Of a DNA stretch of 64,000 nt, positions 63,141 to 64,000 are shown piece after piece; the stretch's first letter is position 1; each line of letters begins with the position of its first letter. The notes under the pieces were generated by a model. It was not told the origin of the DNA. It searched no databases and was given only the letters and a program-made list of their open reading frames with translations. The DNA is from an uncultured Planctomycetota bacterium. Lineage in GTDB: Bacteria > Planctomycetota > Planctomycetia > Gemmatales > Gemmataceae. A program made the translations under genes and the position numbers. The stretch spans positions 384,001-448,000 of the forward strand of contig CAWKHF010000006.1 in NCBI GenBank assembly GCA_963849325.1, written 5' to 3'.

Positions 63141-64000
63141 GCGGCGAAAACCGTAGGACCATCCGCGCGCTGTCCTGTCGCTCCTCTAGCTCCTCATCTT
63201 TCCAGAAACCGGGCACGATGCCAAGCGTTTCCTGCTCCATGAATCAGGCAGGACAGGTTGTGGCAGAGGATCTTGCAAAGCACTTCGTTGACCATCGACA
63301 CGTTCGTTCTTGCTCGCCACGTCTGCCCCGAACTTCCGCTTGATCGCGGAGAAAGTGCGTTTCGACGTTCCACCGCTTGTGGTAGTGCGCCATGTACTCT
63401 TCCTGGTTGAACTGGAAGAAGTGAAACGCCTTCTCGAAAGTGCCGCCAACCGCGCCCGTGCGCGTTGGACTTGAAGGCGATGAACGCCTGCCCGCCGCAC
63501 TCGGCGACCGCCTCAAAGTTCTCCACGGATGGCGTAAGCCTTGTCCGCGCATCACTTCGCCGATCTCGAAGTGCTTCCGCGTCTCGCTTGACCAGCGGGA
63601 CGAACTGCGGGCAATCGTGGGCGTCCTTGTCGAGAATGCGGACGGCCGTAACGACGTTCGTTTTGACGCCGGAGGCGATGTGCGTCTTGACCCAGACGCT
63701 GCGCGTCCGCGTGACGCCGTACTTGTGGTCGTACCAGCTTCTCGTAGCCGCGAGCTGCCGAAGCCGCTGCTGTCGATGGCGAAGGCCGTTTCGAGGGAGC
63801 GGAGCGGGCGGGCGCTGTCGCCGATCGAGTTGCTCTGAGGATCGGCGTGTAGTACGGGTCTTCCGCGAACGACGTCGCCTTCATGCCGGGAATCGGCTTG
63901 CTGACGAAACCCATCTCGTAGGCTTCGTGCAGGTCCGTGGTGAAGCGGCGGGCGCTGCAGGCCGCAGTAGACCTTGTAGGCCATCGTGAAAAGGGCATCG
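63077..64000. mobile_element. Second, diverged element of the same family (element 2), extending beyond the window
   Basis: Same left-end architecture as element 1 and a paralogous transposase. Confidence 0.9.
63127..64000 (-). CDS. Transposase paralog, C-terminal DDE part (frameshifted; 5' end outside the window)
   Basis: MAYKVYCG, FAIDSSGFG, YHKRWNVE, NEVLCKILCHN, FWKDEE...SPPATD; stop TGA at 63127-29. Confidence 0.88.

Noticed and set aside
56984-63141. About 75-bp direct repeats (56984 and 63068) as attL/attR of an integrative element
   Set aside because: They resolve into a 9-bp duplication plus the left ends of two separate transposons; no tyrosine or serine recombinase is present.
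1-64000. tRNA, rRNA, CRISPR array or integron integrase
   Set aside because: None recognised by eye; tRNAscan-SE, Rfam and IntegronFinder scans would be needed to exclude them formally.

Overview
A GC-rich bacterial window, almost certainly from a Planctomycetota genome (Gemmataceae-like). The evidence is three DUF1559 prepilin-like genes, a DUF1549/DUF1553-DUF1501 pair, a PVC-type heme-binding protein and ThuA/DUF1080 genes. Many genes carry single-base frameshifts, most likely long-read indel errors, so CDS spans below are joined across them. Positions 1-56.3 kb are ordinary chromosome (truD, tatC, dprA, sod, ndh, ispD, upp, kdsD/kdsC, otsB and others). This part is dotted with REP-like palindromes, inverted heptamer arrays and an 89-bp MITE/REPIN that has disrupted an Rpn-family gene. 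The last 7.6 kb is the highlight. A DUF433/DUF5615 toxin-antitoxin pair looks like an integron gene cassette (GTTAGGC...ACCTAAC). Its attC-like site is split by a 6,075-bp cargo transposon (56993-63067) with 16-bp TIRs, subterminal 14-bp repeats and a 9-bp target duplication, CCGCCATGC. The element encodes a SWIM-Zn-finger/DDE transposase, an Xre repressor, a HicA-like TA pair, a type IIG-like methyltransferase and a PIN nuclease. A second, diverged family member starts right after the duplicated 9-mer (63077), so the two are stacked in tandem at the same site. This suggests a site-selective, attC-associated family of defence-cargo transposons. Domain names come from recognising motifs by eye; no database search was run.
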